64,000 nt of DNA, taken from the human T2T-CHM13v2.0 reference genome, Homo sapiens. Each line of letters opens with the position of its first letter. Position 1 is the stretch's first letter. The stretch is taken from NCBI RefSeq assembly GCF_009914755.1, contig NC_060931.1; one strand, 5' to 3'. The notes under the pieces are model-generated. The model was not told the origin of the DNA, made no database searches, and saw nothing but the letters and a program-made list of their open reading frames with translations. The position numbers and the translations under genes are program-made. Shown piece after piece: positions 41,434-57,980 of this stretch.

Positions 41434-41833
41434 TATAATGCACTGAATCATGTGCTCCCAACATTCATATGGTGAAGTCCTAACATCCATTATCTCAGAA
41501 TGTGATAATGGATGCATTTGGAGATAGGTCCTTTAAAGAGGTAATTAAGGTAAAATGAGATCATTAGGGTAGGCCCTAATACAACATAACTGGCGTTCTT
41601 ATAAGAATAGATTAGGACACAGGCATCCCGAGAAAAGACCCTGTGAAGACACAGGGAGAAGATAGCTGGCCATCTACAAGCCCAGGAAGGAGGACTCAGA
41701 AGAAATCAACCCTGCTGACATTCTGATCTTGAATGGCTAGTATCCAGAATTGTCAGAAAATAAATTTCTAATGTTTAAACCACCAAGTCTGTGGTACTTT
41801 GCCCCGGCAAAATAGCCCTTGTAAACTAATACA
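41434..41833 (+). mobile_element. MLT1B MaLR LTR
   Basis: tttggagataggtcctttaaagaggtaattaaggtaaaatgag...aaactaataca; TSD atgag at 41429-41433 and 41834-41838. Confidence 0.9.
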
Positions 41834-42999
41834 ATGAGATAGGGATATAATTTTTGTAGCTTGCTAGATTTATTTTTATTTTTGGCAAATGAGTTTATCA
41901 TTTCAACACCATTTATTCAGTAACTTCTTATGTACTTACTGAGAATACCACTTAAATCATATTTTAAATTCATACTGTGCCCAAGTGTAAGATGTGAGTC
42001 TTGATATATAGGATGTATATGCATGCATACATGCATGCGCAGGCTGGCTTCTGTTTCCATCTTAATTCATATGGTAAGAGCATATGCCCTTAACTATTCC
42101 TATTTTTAAAAAATAAGTTACAGTAAAGAAAAACAAATACATCACACGCATACTTGGAAGTGGTACATAATTTCAAAGAAAGATTGCCAGTGAGGCTAAT
42201 TGTGACTCAGTGATAAATGACAACAGAGCAGATTTGTATTAATGTTATTATTTTTCTTTGATTTTCCTTTACAGTTTGCATTTTTTAAATCTCAGAATTA
42301 TTTTGCTGTTATCAATAATGCCTGATTTATAAAAGTTTGTTTCAAATCCGATTACTGTTTTATAACGCATTTCAAGTGATAACTGAACATGCATTAAATC
42401 TAAGAATATTTGAATTAAATTTAAATAGAGTAATAAAGGTTATGTTCAATAAAAACCATACCTGAGAAAGCATACACAAAATAAACTTAAGCAGATAGAT
42501 GACATCAAATAACTTGCCTTTTCATTCTAATTAACAGAATTATCTGTTACTAAATATATATGTTTGACATATAAAGAAATATTTAAGGCATACTTTGGCT
42601 GTCTGACCTACCCCAAAGCCACTAATAAATGTTTTGGTTCTCAATATTTATTAAAATGTTTTTTATTTAACATTTTTAGAAGTCAATATACTTATATCAG
42701 AAAAAGCCTTATCAATGTGGATGCCATATATATGTATATATAGACACAACAAAATGTTGAACAAAGTTATATTGCCCAATTCTCATGCTAGCATAGTCTT
42801 TATTGAGTGAGAGAAGGGCCAATATCCTATTTTTTGTTTGTGAATGATTATTTGGACATTGTAGAAAGATCTCTTGTATTCTCTTGTCAAGGAAAAAATG
42901 ACATATGACAAGAGGCAATGAAAATAAACAGTGTTTAATGAAAATTTACTATAATGGAAGAATTGTAAAAATGAGTCAGATACACACAACCACGCATCA

Positions 43000-43480
43000 G
43001 CATGGTCAGAAGATCTGGCTTTGGATTATTATGTGCTAGTTAAGAGACATTAAGTAAGTTTCTTAATCTAATTTTTACCTTTTGATTTCTCATCTGTAAA
43101 ATGGACTTTATACTAGTGCCTGTACATAAAACTGTTAGGAGAAAAGTGAGGTAGTGTACGTAAGATACTTAGCTCCTAGTATTTCAGAAAGCCAGCTCTT
43201 CTGCTGACTTTAGAACCATTATCTTCATATTACAATGATGTCATTTGGAGTTGGCAGTGAATATTTGTGTTATGAGAAACAATATATATATATGTATATA
43301 TATAGTGCTGTGTGAGGTAAAAAGCACTAGATTTGGAGTTAGCCGCATGTGGTTGAATCTAGGTTCTTGTACATAGAAAATGTGACCTTGGGTATATTAA
43401 CTCCTGAAAGATTGAATTCTTCAACTGTAAAATGGGGATAAAAACAATTGTGCCTTTCAGGGTAAGAATTGCTCTGCATA
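43000..43480 (+). mobile_element. Two MIR copies (~43000-43185, ~43305-43480)
   Basis: tttctcatctgtaaaatgg; tgtgaccttggg...ctgtaaaatggggata. Confidence 0.75.
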
Positions 43481-45721
43481 ATGACAAACATTGAAGTCTG
43501 AAAAATTAGTCCTTCATTTCCTTTAAATTATAGGGGATCATTTAGGTTAGTCACTTCAGCTCAATTCTTTGCCCACATTGATAGGAATTTACTGAACTGA
43601 TACTGTTCAGGTTTGGAGGACTTGAAGCCATTTATAAAGCTATTGGTTGAACAACTGCTCAGCTACCACATATTCATTAGAAAGGCCACAGTCGCCAGCC
43701 CATCACCCTCATGGTGAGCTGACCAGTCAAACACCAAGAGGGATAATGCTTTGGTCTTTATACTTTACAACGGGATTTATCAGGTGAACCTTGTAAATTT
43801 CTATGCAGTGAGTATAGTAAACAAATACTCAAGTAAGTGAAGGGCCTAAGGTTACAGCCAGGCCATAAACACAGTTCTCCCAGTGTCTTAGAATGTATTT
43901 GAGTTCCCACAGCCTGGGCTTAAAGAGCTTGTTCTTTGAGTGAGAAACATTTCTATTAAGGGAAATGAAGATATTTAGAAGTTCTAATGCTAATAGCACT
44001 TGCTTTTACTACCACCTCTGTGGTCTCCCTTCAGGTATCCCTCCCCCATGCTTGAACCATTGATATGCCATAGAATATTGAACCTGTATTTTTTTGGAAA
44101 ATTTAATCAAGTTATAGCCATTCCTCCTTGGCCTTTGACTTGAATATATTAATAAGGCATGACCTCGCATTAAGGCAGCGTGTCTTCAACTATAAGGCAG
44201 GATTTCTATGAGATTAAAGAGCTCATAAGAACCATTGCACAGCCTTGTAGAAGTTGTAGGTATGAGCGCTGATGTTTCCTAGAGAAAGGAGTTGTCTGTA
44301 GCTCATTCTTTGACCAGTTTTGATCTAGAATTGAAAACTGGCAGGCCAACTTCGTTGCTTGGCAGTGGAAATAACTGGTATACAAATAATTATTTAGTCT
44401 TTTATCATTTCAAATGTTTGCTTTTTTTTATTAATAGTATTCATAGTAGTACTAGTAGTACTTTTACTAGTATTTTTGTGGAGCTCCTTAATTTAAAAAA
44501 GTTTAGAATAACTTCATTAGCAGAATAAAACCAAGTTATTTATGCAAAGACGTTCTCTAGGTTTTATGTATTTGTGAGGAAGGTCACTTTTTTAAACATC
44601 TGCTTAAGTAGGGAGCGTGCCTGGGAATGAATGGGGTAGGGCTGCTTTGGCAGAGCAGGAGTGGTCAGATTACATATCATTCTTATCTCTGTCCTCATGG
44701 TGGAAGATATAACCCGAGAGCCATGTGGCTTTGTGGGGCCTGAGGCAAGACTGGCACTCATCAATCATTTCAAGCTTCACTGGCTTTGATGCAATCTAGA
44801 CAGCAGAACATAATTTTGCATTTTTTAAACATGGACCATAATTAGATAATTTTGTTTGTATTTATCATAATCTTGCTAGATTCCATTAGGCCTCAGGGCA
44901 TAGTAAGATCTGAAAATGCCAATTGTTTTAAATCATTTAAAAAACAGCAATAAACAAAGTCACACTTTCTACTAATAAATGCACTATTAACAATTTCAAT
45001 TTAGACTATTCTTGAAGGAGTGAGTAACGCTGGCCAAGTTTACAGGAAAACATAATTATGAAAACATGAGAAAATACTGTGCTCCCAACAGCCTGATATA
45101 CAAATTCAGCAAACAAGCTGAAATCGTTTAGCCAATTTATAATACCATTACTGGCATCCAAATCCAAGCCTATAATGATGCAGTATTTATCAATTTACTC
45201 AATTATTTTCTCTGAGCTAGAGAATTTGAAGTCAGACATTAAGCTCATCTGTAGCCCAGAATTCTCTGTAAGACCAAGGGAAATCAGAGAAAAATCCAAG
45301 TCCTGTGGCATCACTCATAATTTAAGAATAGCTTCATATTTCGATAATATTTTAAATCTTTAAAAAATTGCTGTATTTTGGGCGTTTCCATTTTACTAAA
45401 CATTAAATGTGATGCTAGATTTTTATCTTATATAATATTTCATTGTATGGAGATGTGATAGTTTTATTTATGACCTATGGCTGGAAATTTAGATGGATTG
45501 TAAATGACTGCTATTTTGAAGAATTCTGAAGTAAACATCTTTTTCAATAAATGTATAAATTTCTGATGATTTCCTTAGGATAGGTTTCTAGCATTAAAAT
45601 TAGGGTAAAAAAATGTTAGACATGTTTGTGTTGTTGAATGATAAAATACATTTTTAAATTGCATACCTTTTCTAGATGGACAGAATGATAGACAATTTTT
45701 TCTTCAAAAGTTCTTCTGTTC

Positions 45722-48162
<2,441 letters not shown>

Positions 48163-48364
48163 ATAAAAAGAAGTATACAATAATAAATGCTAGATAAATG
48201 GAAGTATACAAAGTAGAATGAGGGTCATGGCAATGAAAAATAAGATATTAATATTTTAAATGAAAAAAATCAGTAAGACTTGTCAACCAATTTGACAGAA
48301 AGTGAGACAACAGAGTTAAAACAAGTTTGAGGTTTTGACTTCAGTATCTGGCAAATGAATTGTG

Positions 48365-48710
48365 CTACTATGGACTGAATGAGTCCCCTTCAAAATACCC
48401 ATGTTGAAACCTAATCCCCAATGTGTTGGTATTTGAAGGGGGGCCTTTGGGAAATGCTTAGGTCACAAGGGTGGAAACTTCTCCATGAATGGTTTAGTGC
48501 CATTGTAAGAAGTGCCCATTTAAGAAAAGGCCAGAGAGCTTCCTAGCACCCTTTCAACACGTGAGGAAACAGCAAATTGTCCACTAGATTCTAAATCTGG
48601 GTATTTTGATCTTGGACTTCCCAACTCCAGAACTCTGAGAAATAAATTTGTTGTTTATACGCCATCCAGTCTATGATAGTTTGCTATAACAGCCTGAACA
48701 GACTAAGATA
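48365..48710 (+). mobile_element. MLT1A-like LTR inserted in an L2 (minus strand, ~48190-48960)
   Basis: ctatggactgaat...atgttgaaacctaatccccaatgtgttggtatttgaagg...tgatcttggacttccca...gactaaga. Confidence 0.85.
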
Positions 48711-49039
48711 GACGCTCCTGATGAAAATTGGAAACATGATTAAAAATTTGACCAAGAATAAGTCCTTGAAGAGGACTCAATATTGGAAACAATCAGATGT
48801 TGGGGAAGTAGGAGAAACCAAGGCCACCCGCTAGTAACTATAGAGAACAATGAGCAGGAAAATCAAGAAATGACTGTTGGTTTTAGAGACAGAACATCAA
48901 GAGCCTTTGAGAAACTCCTTTTGGTGTTGTAGTGAGGATGGAAGCCACGTATTAAAGAATATAGAGGTATTTTGCTCTGTAATTTTCTAGCTCTGTGAAT
49001 ACTATCAATGTTTCATTCATTCTTGCCAGCTTAACCTTT

Positions 49040-49585
49040 GGCATTATTCTCAGGACTCCTTCCCTTTCTGCTACTCTCCACAATCAGTTCAATAATTTCT
49101 ATTGATTTTACTCACTAAATATCTGTTAAATATATCCATCACTCCCCTTTCCCATTCCCAAAACACTTCTTCCAAGTCAGGTCTGTCAGTGTCTCCGTAC
49201 TAAGCCACTGCAATAACACCACTCAATCCATTCTCTGCATAACAGTATGTATCTGATTTTGGTAATATGCCACTGAATATCTTAAAAGGATGATATTTAA
49301 TTTAAGGATAAAGACAAAATTCTTTGATATGGCTCCCTTAGAACTAAACTATTTGGGTCCCACATATCTTTCCAGACTCATTTAGTTATTTTCTTCCCCA
49401 GACATTACAGTCCAGTCACACTTGCTTCCTTAGAGTTCTCCAAATATACTTGTCTCTGTTACCTACTAGACTGGAATGCTAATTGGGAGGGAAGATATTT
49501 TCACTATAATTTCTCCCTTTTTACCTCTTCTAACACGTGGGATATAGTAAAGTCATAGGTTTTCAATAAAAGCTTGTGGAGAAAA
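49040..49585 (+). mobile_element. L2 3' region
   Basis: caatccattctctgcataacag...aggataaagacaaaattcttt...tagactggaatgct...tcaataaaagcttgt. Confidence 0.6.
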
Positions 49586-50602
49586 TGCACTTGACATGGT
49601 ATATTTCCTCTCACTTTGGTGACAGTGCCCAGAATCATTGAATGATAGATTAGAAAGACATTCAAGGTCAGTAAAACATACTCTCAAAGTGCCTTTTATG
49701 AGCAGAAAGCAGTATTTTTGGATAATTCAGATGAACACAAACTGCTGATTGTTAAATATTTAAATCAGAGCTTCCTGTTGAAAAGCATGATTTGAAATGA
49801 GGCATTATCTGAGGGTATTTACTCTCCTGAGGAGATAAACTAGGAAACCACTTAGTAGCTCATACTACCTCTTGACCTGCAGTATTTGTATTTACATTTC
49901 CATGTTAGTTCCTGTTTATAATCTCCAGGTCAAACATTGGTCTCATCAGCCTGCATGAATTTTGCTATTATCATGATATAAACGCACATTGTCAATGAAA
50001 TAATTTTAAGGCTTGTTGATATTTGTATTTCTGGAAACTAATGGATATAGATTTCAAGTCAACGTAAATTTTAAAGAATATTGATTCATTTTCTAGTTGT
50101 AATCTAATTTAGATTAACTGTTTAGTATTATATGTAATTTTTATAACAAAGTGTTTTCCTTGTACATGTTCATCAGTTGGGTTTCTTTACCCTTGCTGCC
50201 TGTCGTGCTCCCCTCTGCTACAGTTGTAGGCTGCAATTCTGCTGATGCATCAGAGGGAATATAGACTTTTGCATTTCTGCAAAACAGGATTGATTATGTT
50301 TCCCTAGCAACGCCTATTTCAGTGACTAGCACTTATCTTCTTAGTTGGGTGAGCTGAAATTTCCTTGCATCTCACATGTAGTTCATCAGCTCCAAAAAAT
50401 ATCAGGAGTACAGTGATTAAGGGCGCCAAGTAACACCACTCTCTTTTGCTTCTTTCCAAGGGTAGTAAGTAGTTTCTTCAGTTATTATATTAATCGCCAA
50501 GTAATCTCATTTCACTATCTTTTGTTTTCCAGTTTTCCCAGTCCTTTAATGCTATATTTTAAATCGCTTTATATAGCTTCAATGACTATAAAAGGATGGC
50601 CT

Positions 50603-51780
50603 ATGCTGGCTAGTTGTCTGTTGGCTTGCTCCTCAATTCTACGCGGTATCCTCTCCTCTGTATTGCAGAGAGCTAGAGGTTAAAGAGATTTCCCTGACAG
50701 TAGAATTCCGATTAATTTCTTCAAATGGGAAGCACAAACCAAGATATTGAAAACTGGAAACAAAGGAGAAACAATTTATATCTATTACTGTTTCAATCAA
50801 CAGTAGCTGAGCAGTGCGCAAGAGTGGGCACCTGACTGCATGGGCAGCATGGTTTTAACAGTATGAGAGGTAATAGCATCAGTCAACCTGGACTCAGCAC
50901 TCATTGTCTCTGAACACATAGCAGTAGGTGTTGTTCTCCTAGGCTTCTGCAGTGACAGTAGTTGTTTGTGGGTCCTGTAAAGACACCATGGCTGTTATTC
51001 TTACAGCAGATACATCAGCAGAAATGTCCTGGACTCTCAGATACATTATTCCTTTTTTTAAGTCTAGGAGTTGCATCACCTTTCTACGTTTACTATTTTC
51101 TGAGCATCCTAATTTTAGTCTTATTTCCTAGACTTTTCAATACTTTGGTAACTAATTATCTGTGTTAAATTCACTTTGTATGAAATACTGTTTTTGTGAG
51201 GGTTCTCTAGAGGCACAGGACTAATAGGATAGATATACATATGAAAGGTAGTTTATTAAGGAGTATTGACTCACATGGTCACAAGGTAAAATCCCACAAG
51301 AGGCCCTCTGCAAGCTGAGGCACAAGGAAGCCAGTTCGAGTCCCAAAACCTCAGAAGTAGGGAGTTGACAGTGCAGCCTTTAGTCTGTGGCCAAGGCCCA
51401 AGAGCCCCTGGAAAACCACTGGTGTAGGTCCAAGAGTCCAAAAGCTGAAGAACTTGGAGTCTGATGATCAAGGGCAAGAAGCATCCAGCAAGGGAGAGAG
51501 ATGAAGGCTCTAAGACTCAGCCAGTCAAGTCCTTCCACGTTCTTCTGCCTGCTTTTATTCTAGTCGTGATTGCAGCTGATTAGAGGATGCCCACCCAGAT
51601 TGAGTGTGGGCTGCCTCTCCTAGTCAATGACTCATATTGTTAATCTCCTTTGGCGATAAGCTCACAGACACACTCAGGAACAATACTTTGCCTCTTTTAA
51701 TCCAATCAAGTTGACATTCAATATTAACCAACACAAATACCTTGAAACAATTACCTTTTTAAAAAATAACTAGACACTAT
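50603..51780 (+). mobile_element. LTR40/41-like ERVL LTR interrupted by MLT2A2
   Basis: tgctggctagttgtctgttggc...ttcaatactttggtaactaattatctgtgttaaattc..gaaatac. Confidence 0.5.
51189..51735 (-). mobile_element. MLT2A2 ERVL LTR
   Basis: agggttctctagagg...ctgcaagctgagg...aagctgaagaacttggagtctgatg...tccaatcaagttgaca; TSD aatac at 51184-51188 and 51736-51740. Confidence 0.92.
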
Positions 51781-51894
51781 ATACATTTTATACATTTTTA
51801 AATACTATATATACTTATGTCTAGATTTTGTAATTATAAATTAATCATGTTGATGAATGTATCATTGTATTATACATTTTTAAAACTTCATATT

Positions 51895-52294
51895 TCCGTG
51901 ATGCCTCAACATTCTCACAAACAGGCTGTGAACACTCTGCTCAGGTGACCAGAGGCACTAGTGTGATAAGACTGGTGTCTGTTCCATAAGCACTCTTTTT
52001 TGCCCTCGCTTGACTATGATCTGGTAACATTCATACACACTAATGAAATCCCTTCATGCCTTTTGCCTGACTCCCAGTATAGGCACTTTTTCAGGGGTCC
52101 ACCTGCTTGGTTGAGCCCACTCCCTGGGAGCTGTTTGTATATGACCTCCTGTGTGGTATGCTATGCCTCCCTCTTGTAGTACCTATAATAAATCTTTTAA
52201 CTTCAAATGCCTCTCTGAATGTAATTTCTGATGTCATGTTGTAATGATCTACAAAGATACTACAAGGGAGACTTACTTCCCCACTTACAATACA
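51895..52294 (+). mobile_element. ERVL-type LTR (MER54/73/LTR53 group, subfamily uncertain)
   Basis: ggtgaccagagg...cctataataaatctt...ctacaagggagacttacttccccacttacaataca. Confidence 0.45.
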
Positions 52295-53334
52295 ATCATT
52301 AGTTCTTTATTTCATATTACTGTATAACATTACATAGTATGTTATAAATTACATTGTATTACATTGTATGAATAAACCCCAGCTTCCTTATCCATTCTAA
52401 CATTTAGATTATTGTCATTTTCTAGGTATTAGGAAAATGTTACTTCTACGAATATTCTTATGCGTCTTTCAACATTCTTACATATATTTCAGTATCTCTA
52501 TTATATGTATATATTAGAATAAATATACAACTTGGTATACAACTTGACTTGAAAAATTGGTTTTATAGAATATTAATGTATTAATTCTTAGCAGATACTA
52601 CCAAAAGATTTGCTTACTGGATGTACCAATTCATATTCTCACCAAAACTGTATGACGGTCTCATTTCTTTCACATTCTTTCCAATACTTGGTATTTGTTT
52701 TACAATCTACTTTTAGTGCCTTAAAACAAAAACATGACTTTTTCTTAGAAATGAGCAATTTAGCCAAGACTTGGTGAGATAATTGTCTTTGTCCACCCAC
52801 CATTTACATCAACTTGAAACCTGATGACTGGACTTATCTGAATTTTCATTAACATATGTTTGGTGGTAGATACTGGTCATTGGCACACATATAAGGCCTT
52901 TGTACGTGTAGCTTTCTCACAGCATGATGCCTAGATTCCTGGGGAAAGCACAGGCATGCAGAAACACACACAGAAATAGAGAGGGAGGGGAGGGGAAAAA
53001 TGGCAAAGGATGTGTATCACTAATTATGACTTAGATGTCAATTTTACTGTATATGAGTTGTTAGAAGCAAATTGCTAGATGTGGAGATTACAACATCTTT
53101 GTAAGAGTTTATTTAAAATATCCTTACCATTTCTCACTTATGATTGTTGATAAAGTCAACAATCAAAATACAAACCAAAATGTTTTCTGGTAACCCCAAT
53201 ATCTGGATTTGAGGGTCTCAACCTCATTGTGTACTTTGACTTTTAGTGCTGGCCTTTTTTTCTGCTGTAAGTCATAATTTTTAAATAAATACTCGTCTTA
53301 CATAGAATAATTGCGGTGGATGGCTCTGAATCAT

Positions 53335-53952
53335 AGTGATAGTTCTCATTATTTACAGTAGTTATGTTCTATGAAGTCACTGCAAACACTGAAACAGTGG
53401 ATATTGAATCAATTATCCCAAGGAAAACACAAAGTTAGGTTTGTGGGATCTCTAGTCGTAACATTCTCATTTAAATCAATCTTGTTTTATGTGTGTTTGT
53501 TTTAAAACATCTTATTTAGCATACATTGTTGATTCATTCATATTAAACTCATGGCCAACAGCACTATACAACTTATGTGTAAATGTAGCTTATCTAATGT
53601 GTGCATTTTCTCCATAAGGCAAATAGATTTCTCGTACTTAGGAAGACCGGACAGCACTTCAGCACCATGCCTTGGGCTCATTTTAAAAAATGAAATCAAC
53701 AAAAAATAAAAAGGAAAAAAGTGACACTAAGTAGAACACAAAAAAGACTTATAAGAGCTGCAACAAGAAGGCAGAACAGTATCTTGTTCAATCTCAGCTG
53801 GGAACATTAAGTCTTGGGAAACAACTTTTTCACCACTTTGTGCATGCCCATAAATGGCTTCAAAAGCACTGAAAGTATTGATTTGGGATGCCTACTAAAT
53901 TTCAGTGAGTAAGCAAACTTGCAAATAGTCTTCAAATAATGAAGATCAACTG
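53335..53952 (+). mobile_element. MER82 (TcMar-Tigger)
   Basis: ttctcattatttacagtagttatgttctatgaagtcactgcaaacactgaa...aataatgaagatcaactg followed by TA. Confidence 0.85.
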
Positions 53953-54649
53953 TATCTTTCCAGAACATAATTTTTCTCCTGGCAGACAAATTATCTTTGC
54001 ACCATCAGTAACTGAGGTGATTCTACGCTCTCCGTTAAGAGCATTTAGCAACGTTCTTCTTTGGTGAATTTTACACTTTGATTTGTGTCTCATCAACACC
54101 ATATTTCCAAAGTCTCTTTTTAGATTTTTAGTCTCTTTGCAGCCATCTTTTAAACACTCTGTGTATGTGTGCCTTAGGAATCCCCAAATGCTCTTAGAGA
54201 GAATTAAGAAATATTGGACTTTCATGTTTGTTTTTTCTCTCTAATCTCAGCTCCTATCTTTCTTGCTTCATTGGTAGCCTCAGACTCCAACTTTTGACTT
54301 TTTAACCCAGTAAGACATTCCCATGCTCCAAACCACAACTTTCTGTTTGAAATCTATGCTCTCCAATGCAGATTTAAAAAAAAAAAAAAAAATGTCCTGA
54401 GGGAAAAAAGCAGTGTTGAATACAGGGCTCTCTTTAATACGTTTTCTTTTTTTACTTTAGGGCCTTAATCTCCTGAGTACTGAATGCCTTAGTTGTTCCT
54501 CTATGCTGCTTAAGAAATGTTTTTGTATTTTTCAATATTTGTATTTGTTATTGGTGAGAAGGTCAGTCTGATACAAGTTACCACTTTTTTTGCTGATAGC
54601 ACATCTGTTAATTATTTCCTAAATAATGGACATTGAGTTCTCTTACCAA

Positions 54650-55290
54650 ATTATTTAAACATATTTTTAACACTTATGTGCCAAGCACTTCGTATGCTGC
54701 AATGAATAAAGCACATTTGATGGCTCTTCTCAAGGTGCTTATCATATAGAAAAATGTAGAAAAAAGTTAACATCTTAAGTGCAATAAGAGCAAAAATTCA
54801 TTGTGTTACAGAAACATTTGGAGAGAACTTAACTGAGACATGTGAGTTTACGGGAAAAATAGTAAAAGCAGTGTTCAATTGTAGTTTTGAAGATTAAATA
54901 GAAGTTATTCACACAAGAGGTAGGGGAATTTGAAAGAAAAAGACACATTTTGGTAATAGAAAAAAGTTCACTAAATATTATTGAAGAAAGAAAATCTGTT
55001 CTTTAAAGAAAAATATGCCAAAAGAATAGTATTGGATGAGGTTAGAGAGAAAAGATGAGAACAGCAACGCATAAGAAGCCTGGAAGTTCTGTTAAAAGGC
55101 CTAAGTTCTGTCCTAATATGAAACCAATTCATTTAGGAGTATAAGTGTGTGCAACATTATTATAACTTTTGCATTTTGAAATAATCATTCTGGTTTCATT
55201 GTTAAGAATATATAAGAAGATGTAAGATTAAAGGTGGAAGACCAGGAAGAAGCATAAAAAAGTGGCCCAGGTGAGTGCAGAGGGTGGATT
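54650..55290 (-). mobile_element. L2
   Basis: cacttatgtgccaagcact...ctcaaggtgctta...ggatgaggttagagag...atcattctggtt. Confidence 0.65.
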
Positions 55291-55961
55291 AAAGTATTTA
55301 TTTTACACAAAATATCTTAAAAACTCATTATAAAGCATTTGATCAAACCAGACATATATGAACACAGAGATTATGAGTCTTCCTTCTCTCAGGCTTACTC
55401 CCCAGAAGTAACTCCCACAACTACTATCAATAGCTTGGTGAATACCATGATGTAATTTTAAAATATATATATTCATACACAAAATATATTGAAACTTATT
55501 TTCCCCAGGAACCCGTTATAAAGAGTAATTTCTTCATATCCATTGTTCCTGGGAATGAGAATTGTTTAGGAAAAAATATTTAGAAGACTAATATGAGGAA
55601 AGGTGGGAGCAAGAGAGGGTGAGAGAATGAGAGAAGAGCAAGTGACAGATAAGAAAATTGGGCAAAAAAACCCCCAAAATGTTCCATAGAGGTTATAAAA
55701 TTATTTTGCTACGCTGTGTGTAATGTTTTCCCCTTTATTTCCCCACAATATCTTGAGTAAAGTTACCTAAAGCTTTATGGAATGGATTTTGGTGGAAACT
55801 TACAAGTTTTGTATCCTGACTCAAGCTTCATCTGAGCCTGAAATAGGATAGCCATAGGGTGATTTCTCAGATAGTATGGAATAAATAGGTAGATATTGCT
55901 TATCTGTACATATCTGTATCTGTATTTATACATATATAATATTTGCACATGCATGGCCTTT

Positions 55962-56312
55962 TATGTTAGTCAATTTGGGCTGCTATAGCAAAATCTTAGA
56001 TTGAGTCATTTATAAAAACTTTACTGCTCACAGTTCTCAAGGCTGTGGAGTCCAAGATCAAGGCAATGTCTGGTTTGACAATGTCCAATGTCTGGTGAAG
56101 GCCTGGTCTTCATGGATGGTGCCCTCTGTATGTCTTCGCATGGTGGATGGGGCAAACACACTCTCTCTAACCTCTTATATAAGGACATAAATCTCATTCA
56201 GGAGGATGGAGCCCTAATGACTATCACTTCCCAAATCCTGCACCTCTACCACATTGGGGATTAAGTTTCAACATGTAAACTCCGGAGGAATGCTAATGTT
56301 CAGGCCAAAGCA
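55962..56312 (-). mobile_element. MSTC/MLT1A-like LTR
   Basis: ttagtcaatttgggctgctatagcaaaa...gctcacagttct...gtccaagatcaaggc...ggggattaagtttcaacatg. Confidence 0.85.
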
Positions 56313-57771
56313 CATATACATATGTAACATAAATTATATATATATTATAGATATACATTATATGATGTTTGTGTGTATATATGTATCATGTTATAAATAA
56401 TTGTACAACCTGTTTTCATTATATATGGCAGCTATCTTTTTATATTCATGTGTGTGTGTGTGAACATATAATTCACTGAAGTGTTTCAAAAGAGTAGTTC
56501 TTAGGATTCCATGCTTTTACCGTAATTAGCCAATTGCCTTTTTGACTATTGTGGTTGCTTTTATTTAGAGAAATGTCTGATCAGCACTCCCATTGAACAT
56601 TCCTGGAGGGAAATCTTTTTTGCGCATTCATATTAAAGTTCTGAAGGGCAAATTCACTTGTGCGAGACTCACAACGTATCAGCAAGTTTCTTTGTAAGTT
56701 TTGTTATGTATATTAATTCGGTGTTCAGAAAATCTTTACCTGTGTTCCCATCAGAGACATTTGAGTGTCAAGCCTTTTCCAGTCTGGACATTTTGATTTC
56801 GGTAAACATGTTCCCTTCCGGCCTCAGCAGAGTTGCTTCAGAGGCAATTTGTACTGCCTGGATTTCAATGTCTCGTTGCTACATCTTTTTTTCACCTAGA
56901 GCATTGTGATAAAGGCTCCTCTTATTGCTAGTTTTGTCCTTGTGATACTTACTTACCTGGTATGACAAGACATTCTACTGTTGGCTTTGCATATTCCTGA
57001 TTCTCTGTTCACCTAAAGGCACCTTAGTTTATATTAGTTAACCCAGTTCTGACACTTTTTTGACCACCCAAGTGAAATATAATTTCCCATACTGGATTGG
57101 GGACACATCTTCACTAGAACCAGTTTATCACTGTCATTCCAAAAAAATTCTAGAGTAGACATTAGTGTACAATATCAGAATTAGTCTATAAAAATTTACA
57201 AACATACTCAATAACACTCTTAAAATCTAAGGTTTAGTGGAGAATTGTAATTACAAGAAACAATTTCCCAAAATTGTAAATATAGTGAAGCATTTATGTG
57301 AATCATGTCTAACAATCTTGGACTTTTTAGTAATACTTAAGACAAACATTTAAAACATAATTCTCTTGTCATATTTGTGAGTGTTTGAAAACATTTAGCT
57401 TAAGATTTACAAACATTTAGCTTAAGATTTCAGCTATATTATCCAAAACTCTACCTATTTAAGGTAACAAATTTGGCCCTTAAAAGGACTCTATTTATAC
57501 CCATTATTAAATATAATTTTTAGGAAATGTGTTCATTGTTACGATTTTTTGGTTGACATTATACATTTAGTAATTTATTTCAGAATCTTTTACTCCATAT
57601 TATGCCTTTTTTACTAAAGGAATGCATTGCCCTAATTTGTTAATCTACAAAATGCTGAAAGAATTTGTCGAAAAATGATGAAGTCATAGTAAGAACATGC
57701 GATGGCTTCTATTGGGAAGTCACTGGTTATTGAACGATCAATGAGGATCTTTTGATCTTACAACTCCTTTT

Positions 57772-57980
57772 CCATTTATTATTTGAGACCGTCTCACTCT
57801 GTCACCCAAACTGGAGAGCAGTGGCACAATCGTAGCTCACGGTAACCTTGAACTTCTGGGCTCCAGCGATCCTCTAGCCTCAGCCTCCCGAGAATCTAGG
57901 ACTACAGCTACATGCCACCAAGCCTGGCTTACTATTTTTTTTGTTTGTGGAACTGAAGTTTCATTATGTTGCCCAGAATG
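57772..57980 (-). mobile_element. 5'-truncated AluJ
   Basis: gtctcactctgtcaccca...aatcgtagctcac...ctgggctccagcgatcctc; TSD acaactccttt at 57760-57770 and 57981-57991. Confidence 0.9.

Noticed and set aside
56945-56958. U1 snRNA 5'-end-like acttacctgg
   Set aside because: No further U1 homology; it is simply the complement of a splice donor
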